From Candidatus Moraniibacteriota bacterium (lineage in GTDB: Bacteria; Patescibacteriota; Minisyncoccia; Moranbacterales; GCA-2747515), in NCBI GenBank assembly GCA_046116545.1, contig CP175956.1:705734-769733 (forward strand): a stretch of 64,000 nt of DNA, given 5' to 3'. Below the pieces are notes generated by a model. That model worked only from the letters and a program-made list of their open reading frames with translations, did not search any database and had not been told where the DNA came from. This document shows positions 1 to 9,152 of the stretch, one piece after another. The position numbers were made by a program, and so were the translations under genes. Each line of letters starts with the position of its first letter. The stretch's first letter is position 1.

Positions 1-489
1 ATTTTCAAACATATCTCTTTCCAACATTTGTTGTACGGTAAAATTACTTGCTAACTCTAAAACTTCAGCTAAATTCAATTTACTTAACCACTCAGAATTA
101 TATTTTATTAAAAAAGGATTTTCCTCATCTTCAAAATCTATGATATTTTTAACTTGATTTCTCCAATCTTTAAAATTTGCTTGAACATCTGCAACAGTTT
201 GTTTCACTCTTGCTGAAGTTTTATCGCTAGGATCTCCAATCATACCTGTAAAATCACCAATAAGGAATATAACTTGATGTCCCAAACGTCTAAAATCCTC
301 CAAAACCAATAGATTTTGAGCGTGTCCTAAATGTAGTGATTTTGCTGTAGCATCAAAACCCATATAAAACTTTAATTTTTCACCACTCAACAGTCTTTCT
401 TTAAATTCTTCTTTTGTAGGCAAAAAATCTTTTAATACCCCCCTATCCAGGATCTCATCAATTTGTTTTTCTAATTTTTTATCTGTCAT
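1..489 (-). CDS. tyrS: tyrosyl-tRNA synthetase, N-terminal part (gene continues beyond window start)
   Basis: Absent from the ORF track because it runs off the edge. Reverse translation from ATG (487-489) gives MTDKKLEKQIDEILDRGVLKDF...FYMGFDATAKSLHLGHAQNL...GDFTGMIGDPSDK...FTVQQMLERDMFEN. It has the class I HIGH motif (HLGH) and a TyrRS-type GDPS-K motif. Confidence 0.8.
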   Translation of the reverse strand, partial: MTDKKLEKQIDEILDRGVLKDFLPTKEEFKERLLSGEKLKFYMGFDATAKSLHLGHAQNLLVLEDFRRLGHQVIFLIGDFTGMIGDPSDKTSARVKQTVADVQANFKDWRNQVKNIIDFEDEENPFLIKYNSEWLSKLNLAEVLELASNFTVQQMLERDMFEN

Positions 490-507
490 AATATTATTTA
501 TAATAAA

Positions 508-540
508 GGTCCAACATTCGGGCAATCCGAAGGTTGGACC
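508..540. repeat. palindromic element, variant copy of the GGTCCAAC...GTTGGACC family
   Basis: ggtccaacattcgggcaatccgaaggttggacc: same 8-nt arms as the copies at 30813, 32534 and 38464, with a different centre. Confidence 0.6.
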
Positions 541-593
541 TTGAATGCACACAATAATTGAACTAAATTTCACTTTTTATCTGTTATAATACA

Positions 594-621
594 ATCATAC
601 TAGTATAAACACCCTTTTGCA
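594..621 (-). promoter_or_regulatory. putative sigma70 promoter for tyrS
   Basis: On the minus strand: TTGCAA (616-621), 17-nt spacer, TATGAT (594-599). It lies about 100 nt upstream of the tyrS ATG. Confidence 0.4.
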
Positions 622-659
622 AGTTGCTAAATTCTTTAATTAAAGTACTTTATCAGCTA

Positions 660-689
660 TTGACAAAATTTACATGATATGCTAATATG
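660..689 (+). promoter_or_regulatory. near-consensus sigma70 promoter reading into the GC-rich ORF-less island
   Basis: TTGACA (660-665), 18-nt spacer, TAATAT (684-689). It is divergent from the tyrS promoter. Confidence 0.5.
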
Positions 690-695
690 CATTGT

Positions 696-1695
696 TGACG
701 TAAAAAACGTCACAAATACATTAACAATTGAAAAATGACTTAGAGACAAATTTCAAAGGAGTCTATCATCTCTGTGGTGAAGAATATACAATTATGTATT
801 CGTATATCTATAAATATATGATACATAATTGTATATTTTTCCCAAATACCTATAAAAGGCACGCCTGTGCCACAAATCAAAGGAGGTGATTTTAAATGAG
901 GAGTCCGCCAATGCAGAACATTCAATCTATTAAAGTAATGTGAATCTACCCCGGCCGCCGGCACACGCCATAAAGTTGCGGTGCCAAACCCGCGCTCCCA
1001 ACCTGTCGCAAGGGAGCATTATAAAAAAAGCGATAAATTCCGGACGTGCCTATATTGAAAACGGCCTTATCCGGAAAGGAGAACACATGAAAATTCCCTG
1101 CCACCAGCGACGATGCTGGCATAGGTGGTTTGGTTAGCTGTTTCAAAAATGAATTACTGTCTACAGTATCAAGTTAGAAGGTCAAAATATGACCACTGTA
1201 GATATTCATTACTGTTGTAATTCATGGCCCGCAGCCGTGTCCGATTTTACGGACAAGCGGGAAAACATACAAATTACACAACCGTTCGTTGACTCCCAGC
1301 CGGCATTCGCCCTATAGGCGGTGCTGACATGGAAGATTTGTCTCTAGTTTCATCTACACTATAAAGCTCACAAACGATTTAGTGAAACAAATCACCGTGA
1401 GCGTAGTAGAGATAGAATTATCCCCACCGCCTCAAACCCGGCCACAGTCGCATCGGGCATTACGTACTCAAGTTTACAAAGAGAGCACGTACGCACCCGC
1501 TGCTATGATTCTGAGAGGCCCCGTAAAAAGGCACAACTGTTTGATGATTTTATCCTGTCCATACCATGACCGCCCCAAATATAATTTGGAGCCGGCCAAG
1601 CAATTTGGAAGGATATATCACAAGTAGTGCCACGCTGGTTGGGAGTCATTTTTTTAAATGTATTGAAATATAACGGGACCATTAGCAAAAGCTTT
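696..1695 (+). ncRNA. candidate large structured non-coding RNA (unclassified)
   Basis: About 1 kb with no credible ORF. GC content is strongly elevated (long stretches near or above 50%) in an otherwise ~30% GC window. It lies between a consensus promoter (660-689) and a hairpin plus T-tract (about 1650-1700). Only short mutually overlapping ORFs on both strands are present. Confidence 0.3.
896..943 (+). CDS. 15-codon mini-ORF (MRSPPMQNIQSIKVM) behind a perfect Shine-Dalgarno sequence
   Basis: AAAGGAGGTGA at 878-888, 9 nt spacing to ATG at 896, stop TGA at 941-943. It sits inside the candidate RNA. Confidence 0.2.
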   Translation: MRSPPMQNIQSIKVM

Positions 1696-1700
1696 TGGCC
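1650..1700 (+). terminator. weak intrinsic terminator-like hairpin plus T tract
   Basis: cgggacc...caaaagcttttg...ggccccg followed by tttttctttatc. Confidence 0.3.
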
Positions 1701-1733
1701 CCGTTTTTCTTTATCTATTTTTATTTTATACTA

Positions 1734-1763
1734 TTGACAAAACAATGAAAATCTGCTATTATT
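1734..1763 (+). promoter_or_regulatory. sigma70 promoter for the 1790 gene
   Basis: TTGACA (1734-1739), 18-nt spacer, TATTAT (1758-1763), about 26 nt before the ATG. Confidence 0.5.
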
Positions 1764-1789
1764 TTTAGTTAAGTTTACAATATATATAC

Positions 1790-2293
1790 ATGACAACAAC
1801 AGAACGACTAAAACAGCATATCGAAGATTTAGAAAAACGTAAAATTGCGTTATTTTTCAACGTACAAAATACTGCAGCCACAATTAATGGTCGTGTTTAC
1901 AATTACTATATAATAATAAGTCTTGCTTCTCTTTTTGTGCTACTTGCAGGACAACTAACTACTGGCAGAGATTCTTTTTTGATATTTTGGAGCGGCTTAT
2001 TTGCATTCACTGCATTAGTTATTTCACTTGCTCAATATCTTTTTGCCTTAGATAAAATATCAGGAAAATTATACAAAAATATTTGCTCTATTTACAAAGG
2101 CTACGATGATGAATTTTATCTACTGAAGAAATTTAATACTGGCGATATCGAAGAAGACATCATTAGACAATTTTACGTAAACAAATCAAAAGAATTAGAA
2201 AGATATGAGTGTCACGTTGCCACACCAAATTGGTTTATATGGGTAAACATTTCACTTCTTGCTGGAGCAATAATTTTACTAATGCTTGCATAA
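1790..2293 (+). CDS. hypothetical membrane protein
   Basis: 167 aa with several hydrophobic helices. It has its own promoter and a downstream hairpin. Confidence 0.5.
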   Translation: MTTTERLKQHIEDLEKRKIALFFNVQNTAATINGRVYNYYIIISLASLFVLLAGQLTTGRDSFLIFWSGLFAFTALVISLAQYLFALDKISGKLYKNICSIYKGYDDEFYLLKKFNTGDIEEDIIRQFYVNKSKELERYECHVATPNWFIWVNISLLAGAIILLMLA

Positions 2294-2314
2294 GCATTGT
2301 TCCTATAAACAAAA

Positions 2315-2352
2315 AACCGATATAAATTTTAGATTATACCGGTTTTTATTTT
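2315..2352. terminator. bidirectional terminator hairpin between convergent genes
   Basis: aaaaaaccgatataaattttagattataccggttttt: stem with an A-run on one side and a T-run on the other. Confidence 0.4.
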
Positions 2353-2390
2353 GTTCAAAATATTAACTAAACTTCACCTTGTCTATTATA

Positions 2391-2966
2391 TTAATAATTC
2401 ATGCTTTGAATTTCAAAATACGATTGAGGATGTAAACATGCTGGACATTTTGTTGGAGCTTCAACACCCTCATGCAAGTATCCACAATTACGACATTTCC
2501 ACACGATTGTCTCCCCAACTTTGAAAACATTTCCATCTTCAAGATTTTTATATAATTTTCGATAACGATCTTCATGAGCCTTTTCAACCTCTGCAATTTT
2601 TTCAAATGTTACTGCAATTTCTACAAAACCTTCTTCACGAGCAGTCTCCGCAAATGCTGGATATAATTCTGTCCATTCTTCATTTTCACCATCTGCAGAT
2701 GCTTTAAGATTGTCCAATGTTGTTCCAATCTTTCCTGCTGGATATGTTGCCGTAATTTCTACCATTTCACCTTCAAGAAACTTAAAAAATCTTTTTGCAT
2801 GTTCTTTTTCATTTAAAGCTGTTTCTGTAAAGATAGCTGCCATCTGTTCCAAGCCCTCTTTTTTAGCAGCACTAGCAAAATAATCATACCTCATACGTGC
2901 TTGTGACTCTCCAGCAAATGCTTTAAGTAAGTTTTGTTCTGTTTTTGTTCCTTTTATTGATTCCAT
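2391..2966 (-). CDS. rbr: rubrerythrin
   Basis: Ferritin-like diiron N-domain (E...EXXH pattern) plus C-terminal rubredoxin-like CRNCGY...CPACLHPQ. Confidence 0.85.
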   Translation of the reverse strand: MESIKGTKTEQNLLKAFAGESQARMRYDYFASAAKKEGLEQMAAIFTETALNEKEHAKRFFKFLEGEMVEITATYPAGKIGTTLDNLKASADGENEEWTELYPAFAETAREEGFVEIAVTFEKIAEVEKAHEDRYRKLYKNLEDGNVFKVGETIVWKCRNCGYLHEGVEAPTKCPACLHPQSYFEIQSMNY

Positions 2967-2996
2967 AATCTATATATCTTTAAAAATTATAATTAA

Positions 2997-3911
2997 TTAC
3001 ATATTTTCAAATACTGGTATGATTTGTTTTTTACGAGATACTAATTTGTCTACAAATAAAATATCATCTTTATTTTCAGCTTCAAACAATCTTGTAAATA
3101 ATGCAATTTCTTCCTCGCCTGCACCAAGTGTATAACTTTTTTCATCCAATATATCCACAATAACAAAAAATACACCTTGTAATTTATCAGCTGCCTTAAT
3201 ATCCTTTAATTTTGCAACAATCTCATCTTTTCTATCTAATCCAAAGTCAACATTAGTAGTTTCCATTACACCAATACCATATTCACCATCTTTAAATGTA
3301 AATGATTTATAGTCTAATCTTATTAACTCTTCAACTTCAATATCTCCCAAATTACTTTTTGCATTAAATAATTTCAAACTAAACTCTTCCAAATCATCAA
3401 TTCCAACAATATCATTTAACTTATCAGCCAACATCTTATCGACATCTGTTGTCGTAGGTGAACGGAAAAACAAAGTATCAGAAATAATACCTGAAAGCAA
3501 AAGGCCAGCAATACTCTTTGTAAGCTCAGTATTTGTATCAAAATATTTCTCAGCAATAATAGAACAAGATGAACCAAGTGGTTTTATGAAAATTGAAATT
3601 GGCTTATCTGTTTCAATTTTCACCTTATGATGATCAATAATTTCTACAATATCAAGATCTTTAATATTATCAATACTTTGCTTTTCTTCATTATGGTCAA
3701 GTAAGATAATTTCAGTACCATGTGGTAATTCAGTAATCTGCTCTGGTGCATCCACACCAAACTGCTCCAAAACAAATTCTGTTTCTTTATTTAATTTTCC
3801 TAGTGCAAACGCTTGAGCCTCTACACCCTGTTTAGCAAGAAAATTCTGATAAGCGATCCCACTACAAGTAGTATCTGTATCTGGATTTTTATGCCCTATA
3901 ATATGTTTCAT
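2997..3911 (-). CDS. ppaC: manganese-dependent inorganic pyrophosphatase (family II, DHH-DHHA2)
   Basis: N-terminal HKNPDTDTTCS and DHNE motifs; C-terminal VSRKKQIIPV, typical of PpaC. Confidence 0.85.
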   Translation of the reverse strand: MKHIIGHKNPDTDTTCSGIAYQNFLAKQGVEAQAFALGKLNKETEFVLEQFGVDAPEQITELPHGTEIILLDHNEEKQSIDNIKDLDIVEIIDHHKVKIETDKPISIFIKPLGSSCSIIAEKYFDTNTELTKSIAGLLLSGIISDTLFFRSPTTTDVDKMLADKLNDIVGIDDLEEFSLKLFNAKSNLGDIEVEELIRLDYKSFTFKDGEYGIGVMETTNVDFGLDRKDEIVAKLKDIKAADKLQGVFFVIVDILDEKSYTLGAGEEEIALFTRLFEAENKDDILFVDKLVSRKKQIIPVFENM

Positions 3912-3962
3912 GTTTTTTCTTTATTAACAAATAATTGAATTTCATGTAATACCCTGAGACTT

Positions 3963-4034
3963 GTCATTCCGTAAAATAATATTTATTGCAGAACGAAGTG
4001 ATGCATTATAAATATATTTGTACGGAATCTGTAC
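3963..4034. repeat. hairpin repeat element, GTCATT family, subfamily A (paralog at 55345-55414)
   Basis: GTCATTCCGTAAAAT ... TTTGTACGGAATCTGTAC. Both termini are shared with the copy at 55345; the centre has diverged. Confidence 0.6.
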
Positions 4035-4078
4035 GAATAATTTAAGATGAACTAATGCTTAACCTAATACAAATAGTA

Positions 4079-4390
4079 TCACAAACTATCTTTTTTGCGA
4101 ATCATTCTACCTTTAATATTTTCATATTCTCGGTCTTCATTCTTTTTCATCTTTACAATAAGCTCCTTTTCCAAATCAATTCCCAGCATTTCAGAAAGCC
4201 CTAATAAATAAATAGCAACATCAGCTAACTCTTCCCCTACATTATCATCCTTTTTATACCAAGCAAGCCAAGCCTCATTGACCTCACTATTCATAAGACA
4301 AAATTCCATTGATACATCATCAATATTGAAACCCTTTTCCACTTTATTTTCAAAAGCCTCTGCTTGTAATTTTTTTAAATTAATTGTCAT
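4079..4390 (-). CDS. MazG-like nucleotide pyrophosphohydrolase (small single-domain type)
   Basis: EVNEAW and EELADVAIYLL metal-binding motifs typical of the MazG/NTP-PPase all-alpha fold. Confidence 0.6.
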   Translation of the reverse strand: MTINLKKLQAEAFENKVEKGFNIDDVSMEFCLMNSEVNEAWLAWYKKDDNVGEELADVAIYLLGLSEMLGIDLEKELIVKMKKNEDREYENIKGRMIRKKDSL

Positions 4391-4457
4391 GTGTTTATAT
4401 TAAAAAATATTCAACTAAAAATTCATTCTCAATTTACTTCCTATAAAATTATCATAC

Positions 4458-4793
4458 TTAAACTTCTTTCTTTAGATTATCTTTTTTAACTATTTTTATA
4501 CCTTTTACTCCAAAAATAAATAAAAGTATAATTACTATTTTTAAAATATAATTATCACTTATACTTATAAAGTCTCTAGTCATAGGAGTAATTGTCCCAA
4601 AAATTAAGTGACTTAAAATACTAATTGGCAAAGTTAAAAATAACCAACTTTGCTTTGGCACATAAATTCTCATTTTCAAAAAAATTCTTGATAATAACGG
4701 CGAAAGTAACCAAATGCCCACAAAGGCTACTATAAAATCAAAAATAGCATACTCCCCTATACGAAATTGTCTCAAAAATTCTAACAAACTCAT
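4458..4793 (-). CDS. hypothetical small membrane protein
   Basis: 111 aa with 3 predicted TM helices. Confidence 0.45.
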   Translation of the reverse strand: MSLLEFLRQFRIGEYAIFDFIVAFVGIWLLSPLLSRIFLKMRIYVPKQSWLFLTLPISILSHLIFGTITPMTRDFISISDNYILKIVIILLFIFGVKGIKIVKKDNLKKEV

Positions 4794-4889
4794 ATTTTAC
4801 AAAAATTAATGATATATTATAAAATTTATTATTCACACCCTAATCATCCACCATCCAAATTACACTTCATTCTGAGCCAACTAAATCCT

Positions 4890-5414
4890 TCATAATAAAG
4901 TCTGATTTGAATTAATCTTTTCTATTTTTAATAATTTCTTTTTGACAGAGAGTCCCCCACCGTATCCACCCAGGCCTCCACCACTTTCAATAACTCTATG
5001 ACATGGAATCACAAGTCCAATTGCATTTGCACCATTAGCTGATGCAACAGCTCGTACAGCTTTTTCATTATTTATACTTTTTGCTAATTCTAAATATGAT
5101 ACCGTTTTACCATATTCAATATTCCTAAGAGCATTCCAAACTTGTTTTTGAAAGTCAGTACCCACTGTGATTATTGGCATATCAAATTCTTTTCTCTCTC
5201 CAACTAAATATTCATCAATTTGTATTCTTATATCTTTCAAAATCCCATCATTTTTTTCGATAAATACAGCATCAAAGCCCTTTTGCAATCTGTTATCTAC
5301 AATATTTCTCATTTTTCTATATTGAAAATCCAGCAAACATAATTTATCATTATATGAGCCTAAAATCAACTCTCCTATACTCGTTTTATAATATTGAATA
5401 TTTATGTTACTCAT
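4890..5414 (-). CDS. ogt: methylated-DNA--protein-cysteine methyltransferase
   Basis: Active-site PCHRV motif in the C-terminal DNA-binding domain. Confidence 0.85.
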   Translation of the reverse strand: MSNINIQYYKTSIGELILGSYNDKLCLLDFQYRKMRNIVDNRLQKGFDAVFIEKNDGILKDIRIQIDEYLVGERKEFDMPIITVGTDFQKQVWNALRNIEYGKTVSYLELAKSINNEKAVRAVASANGANAIGLVIPCHRVIESGGGLGGYGGGLSVKKKLLKIEKINSNQTLL

Positions 5415-5447
5415 ATTATTAAAATTTGCTATTAGATTATATACTAT

Positions 5448-5789
5448 CTATTCATCAATAACATCTTGCACTCTTTTTGATTCATCTGATTTTGTAAGAG
5501 TTAATCTAACAACACTGTCTTCTATCGCCTTTAAATCATGTGGTACATCTCCTTCCAATGCTAATAAAGCACCTCTTTCCAAATTTAACATTTCACCTTG
5601 TACACCAAAATCAATTTTACCCTCAACAATTTCAACAACAATTGCAAAAGGTGTTTGATGTTTATTCATTATCTGACCTTCCTTCATAACTATTCTTATT
5701 TCCTTGGTAAATTGTGTTTCAAATAATACATTTATTACAGGCTTATCTTCTGTATAATTCAAATTTTCTAATAAATCTGCTGTTTTCAT
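5448..5789 (-). CDS. cupin-domain protein
   Basis: 113 aa small beta-barrel pattern (G-x-H...E...G), cupin_2-like. Confidence 0.5.
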   Translation of the reverse strand: MKTADLLENLNYTEDKPVINVLFETQFTKEIRIVMKEGQIMNKHQTPFAIVVEIVEGKIDFGVQGEMLNLERGALLALEGDVPHDLKAIEDSVVRLTLTKSDESKRVQDVIDE

Positions 5790-5848
5790 AATAATATAAC
5801 TTTTAAAATTTAATCTTTTTTCTTAAATGACAAGTATAGTATAACACA

Positions 5849-5892
5849 AAAAAATCCCCGCACTGCTTTACATCAGGGATTTTTTGATTTTT
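5849..5892 (-). terminator. intrinsic terminator downstream of the 5904-6452 gene
   Basis: aaaaatcccc...gggattttttgatttt: stem followed by a T-run when read on the minus strand. Confidence 0.5.
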
Positions 5893-5903
5893 ATAAATTC
5901 ATA

Positions 5904-6452
5904 TTACTCACCTTGAACCTCTGCGAAGTAAAGAATATAACCATTCAAGTCCTTAATAACAAATTCATCAGCTCCATACCAGGTCTTATGCAAGTCTTTT
6001 ACAATCTCAACTTTATTTTTTACTTTTTCATAAAAATCTTTTGTATCCTGCATAGAAATATATAGAGTGAATGTTCCGCCAATTTCTCGCCCTTTCATAT
6101 CTTGTAATTCTGCAATAAACCCATCCTGCCTTTGCAACATTATCTCAACCTCACCATTTTTAAGCATTGCCCAGACAAGCGGTTTTCCAGTAGCTCCATC
6201 CCCTTTTTCTTCATCTATTACCATCACAGTCTTAAATCCTAAATTATTTTTGTAATAATCAACAGTTGCGTTCACATCAGCAACCATCATGTTTGGTGAA
6301 ATTTTTTTCATAGTTTTTGTAGTTAAATGATTAATTGACTCATTAGAACTTTGATTGGACCCATAGTTACTGCACTTCAAAAAATTAAACACAGTCAAAG
6401 TAACAATTGTTACTCCCATGGCCAGGATTAATAATCCCCAAAGTTTTTGCAT
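5904..6452 (-). CDS. VOC/glyoxalase-bleomycin-resistance family protein with N-terminal membrane anchor
   Basis: N-terminal TM then a glyoxalase-like betaalphabetabetabeta module (VADVNATVDYY...GGTFTLYISMQD...VKDLH). Confidence 0.55.
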   Translation of the reverse strand: MQKLWGLLILAMGVTIVTLTVFNFLKCSNYGSNQSSNESINHLTTKTMKKISPNMMVADVNATVDYYKNNLGFKTVMVIDEEKGDGATGKPLVWAMLKNGEVEIMLQRQDGFIAELQDMKGREIGGTFTLYISMQDTKDFYEKVKNKVEIVKDLHKTWYGADEFVIKDLNGYILYFAEVQGE

Positions 6453-6509
6453 AGTTTTTTAACATTATTTATTAAATTACTATTTTATTATACCTATTTC
6501 AACTAGTTA

Positions 6510-7271
6510 TTAATTGTACAAAATCGACATAGTCTCATTACTCGGATTATTACCCGTTAATTTTTTATAATCACGATTAAAATGTGCTTGATCAAAATAC
6601 CCCGAAGACAATGCTACTGTAATCAAATTCTCTAAACCTTCTTTAGAAATTTTTTTATGAGCTTTTTGAAACCTCATAATACGAGCAAATTTTTTTGGTG
6701 TTAACCCCATTTTTTTGCTAAAAACTCGTTCTAGATTTTTAGAGGACAAACCATAAATACTTGATAACTTATCAATCATCATATTTGGATTATCGGTCAA
6801 ATCTATTAAAGCGTGCAGAAAATCATCATTCAACTCATGCTCTTCAAAAATATTTTCAAGTAATGGTGTAATTATTGAAACAATCTCATCATTTTCTGCA
6901 AATATATCAATACTCAACTTTTTGTAGATGTCTTCATTTAATTTCCTTAATTCAATCATACTATTAGTTAATTTACTCATATCAGTACCGAGTAAATAAA
7001 ACAAAATTCCAGGTTTGAAACGAATTCCAAAAAATTCCATACCACTAGGAATTGGTATTAGTTGAGCTTCTTCCATAATACCCGTTACAAAAGTATCATT
7101 GACTCCTTCTAATTTTTTAGAGTTATTAAGATAAAATATAATATCACTGCACCCATCAGGTACAACTGGCCAATTTATCACCTCCCCTAAAGTATTTCTA
7201 GAAAACCAAAAAGCATCAATATATTTTTGCAAATTGCTATTTGGTTTAAATTCTATAAGCTGAGTTATCAT
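6510..7271 (-). CDS. AraC-family transcriptional regulator
   Basis: C-terminal AraC-type HTH (KLSSIYGLSSKNLERVFSKKMGLTPKKFARIMRFQKAHK). Confidence 0.75.
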   Translation of the reverse strand: MITQLIEFKPNSNLQKYIDAFWFSRNTLGEVINWPVVPDGCSDIIFYLNNSKKLEGVNDTFVTGIMEEAQLIPIPSGMEFFGIRFKPGILFYLLGTDMSKLTNSMIELRKLNEDIYKKLSIDIFAENDEIVSIITPLLENIFEEHELNDDFLHALIDLTDNPNMMIDKLSSIYGLSSKNLERVFSKKMGLTPKKFARIMRFQKAHKKISKEGLENLITVALSSGYFDQAHFNRDYKKLTGNNPSNETMSILYN

Positions 7272-7274
7272 TAT

Positions 7275-7532
7275 TTATTTTTCAATTCTATCAACAGTTA
7301 TAATTCTAAAAGTATTTGAATTTATAGTTATTTTAATATTATTTTCTATGTTGGTAACATAGAAATTTTTCCCAATTTTTGAGAAAGACTTTATTTCAGT
7401 TTCATTTAAAATTTTAGATATCAATTCTTCTATTTGTTTTTTTGAAAATTTGATATTAAGTTTTTTATTTATTCTCTCATAAACAAGTTCTGTATAACAA
7501 ATATTATTTAATATTTCTTTTTTATCTATCAT
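7275..7532 (-). CDS. hypothetical protein
   Basis: 85 aa, 4 nt downstream of the AraC gene, likely co-transcribed. Confidence 0.4.
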   Translation of the reverse strand: MIDKKEILNNICYTELVYERINKKLNIKFSKKQIEELISKILNETEIKSFSKIGKNFYVTNIENNIKITINSNTFRIITVDRIEK

Positions 7533-7753
7533 TGCAATATGTAAATCAGATTTTTTATAAACATTATCCCCACGTAAAGTTTTTTTAATCTTCTAGTATT
7601 TAATTACATCCCTTTGTGGTGCAATTTCCTTTTTGTAATTTGTGGTTTTTTTGAATTTTTGTTCTTTGTGCCCCTCCTTTATCAAATCACCATAAGTTTT
7701 TTTGCCAACACTTTCATTAAACCAATCTAATAAGTATATTATAGCATAAAAAA

Positions 7754-7792
7754 AGTCCAACTCTTTATTTATAAAGAGTTGGACTGTATGTT
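7754..7792 (-). terminator. intrinsic terminator (14-bp perfect stem)
   Basis: agtccaactctttatttataaagagttggact followed by a T-run on the minus strand. Confidence 0.6.
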
Positions 7793-7812
7793 CTGCTTTT
7801 CATAACATTGTG

Positions 7813-8016
7813 TTACATAACATTTTCACAATAATATTTTCTATGTATTGCAGCCATCTTACTACCATCAGGGTCAATGACTTTTATCATTTTACTTATC
7901 TCCTCTATCGAAGAGACATCATCAGATGTATTTCGTTGTTCAAAAGATTTGTTTCGTCGCTCCCAAAAATCCATCATGTGCATACGTACATGCATTGGTT
8001 GTATAACTTTAGCCAT
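7813..8016 (-). CDS. hypothetical small protein (start revised to MAKVIQ...)
   Basis: GGAGG lies 7 nt upstream of the ATG at 8014-8016. The ORF-track start at 8118 lacks an RBS. Confidence 0.4.
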   Translation of the reverse strand: MAKVIQPMHVRMHMMDFWERRNKSFEQRNTSDDVSSIEEISKMIKVIDPDGSKMAAIHRKYYCENVM

Positions 8017-8136
8017 AATTATCCTCCAATGTTCATTGTGAAACAACGTTAATTTTCTCTCTATTAAAATTATACCACAAAATTCAAAACACATCTCAAA
8101 TGAAATGTGTTTATACAATATTCTTGCAACTGATAT

Positions 8137-8667
8137 TTATTCAAGAACTAATTTTTTGTATTCAAATCTATTTAGATTATCTGCTATGTCTTGATAACCT
8201 TTACCACAAACCATGCCACCAGCAATAAAATCTTCCTCAGTAACGTCAGCAAGACAAAAATCAGGCATCTGAAAATTATCTTTTTCATCTATAGATTCAA
8301 ATTCAACATCCACAAGAATAAGTCCTTTTAAAGCATCCTGAAAAATATCAAACTCAACAATTGTCCCATTATAATCATAATTATATCTTATTTTACGCAC
8401 TCTCTTTCCTTTAATCTGTTGATTTAATGCATCAAATTCTTTTTCAGTAAGAACTATAGTCTGCTCTCTAGCATGTGAATGATCTCCTTCATCAATAAGC
8501 TCTTTTTTTGTTAATTCAAAGTTATCACCATCTTTACGCAATCTTAAACTGGGATGCACACTTGCTTTTGGGATATACACATCAATAATTTCCTTAAACT
8601 TACATTCACCTAAATTTTGAGGAAGTTCTTTCGCTAAATATGTTTTTTCTATTTCAATCATATACAC
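8137..8667 (-). CDS. CYTH-domain protein (triphosphate tunnel metalloenzyme family)
   Basis: N-terminal EIEKTY motif and RLRKDG..ELTKK pattern typical of the CYTH/CyaB-ThTPase fold. Confidence 0.55.
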   Translation of the reverse strand: MYMIEIEKTYLAKELPQNLGECKFKEIIDVYIPKASVHPSLRLRKDGDNFELTKKELIDEGDHSHAREQTIVLTEKEFDALNQQIKGKRVRKIRYNYDYNGTIVEFDIFQDALKGLILVDVEFESIDEKDNFQMPDFCLADVTEEDFIAGGMVCGKGYQDIADNLNRFEYKKLVLE

Positions 8668-8696
8668 ATAAATAAATTATTCTAATTAAACAATTG

Positions 8697-9050
8697 TTAA
8701 TTACCTAATTCTCCACAATGAAAAAAATAATTACATCGATCACTTGAATCAAGGGTAATTAAGTAGACGCCTCTAAAAGTCTTGGTGTTATTATCATCAT
8801 CTGTATATATTAATTGCCATTTAACTGTATATTTGTCATTAACAGCAGAAAACACTTCAGTTTCAATAGAAATATTTTGTTGTCCTTTAACATATTCCCA
8901 TTCTTTTCTTAAATTACCAAAACTAGATACTTTTAAAAATGGTGTTTCCCAATATTCAACATCTTTTGAAAATAGACTTAGTACTTTTTCAATGTCATGT
9001 GTTTTCCAAGACGACTGAAATTGACTTAACCATTTCTCTATTTTTTTCAT
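8697..9050 (-). CDS. NTF2-like (SnoaL/DUF4440-type) small protein
   Basis: 117 aa; W/F-rich alpha+beta cone pattern. Confidence 0.4.
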   Translation of the reverse strand: MKKIEKWLSQFQSSWKTHDIEKVLSLFSKDVEYWETPFLKVSSFGNLRKEWEYVKGQQNISIETEVFSAVNDKYTVKWQLIYTDDDNNTKTFRGVYLITLDSSDRCNYFFHCGELGN

Positions 9051-9152
9051 ACAAACTTAGGACTTATTAAGAATATTAAATACTATTTTGTACAACTAAT
9101 TTTTATATGGAAAATTGTACATTAGTAAAATTATCTATACATTACAGAAATT

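Noticed and set aside
740-1688. Five short ORFs (740-964, 940-1137, 946-1146, 1382-1627, 1503-1688) in the GC-rich island
   Set aside because: They overlap one another on both strands and none has an RBS, except the separate 15-codon mini-ORF. They have no recognisable domains and sit in a compositionally aberrant region better explained as structured RNA.
7810-8052. Plus-strand 80-aa ORF
   Set aside because: It is antisense to the RBS-supported minus-strand small gene and has low-complexity composition.
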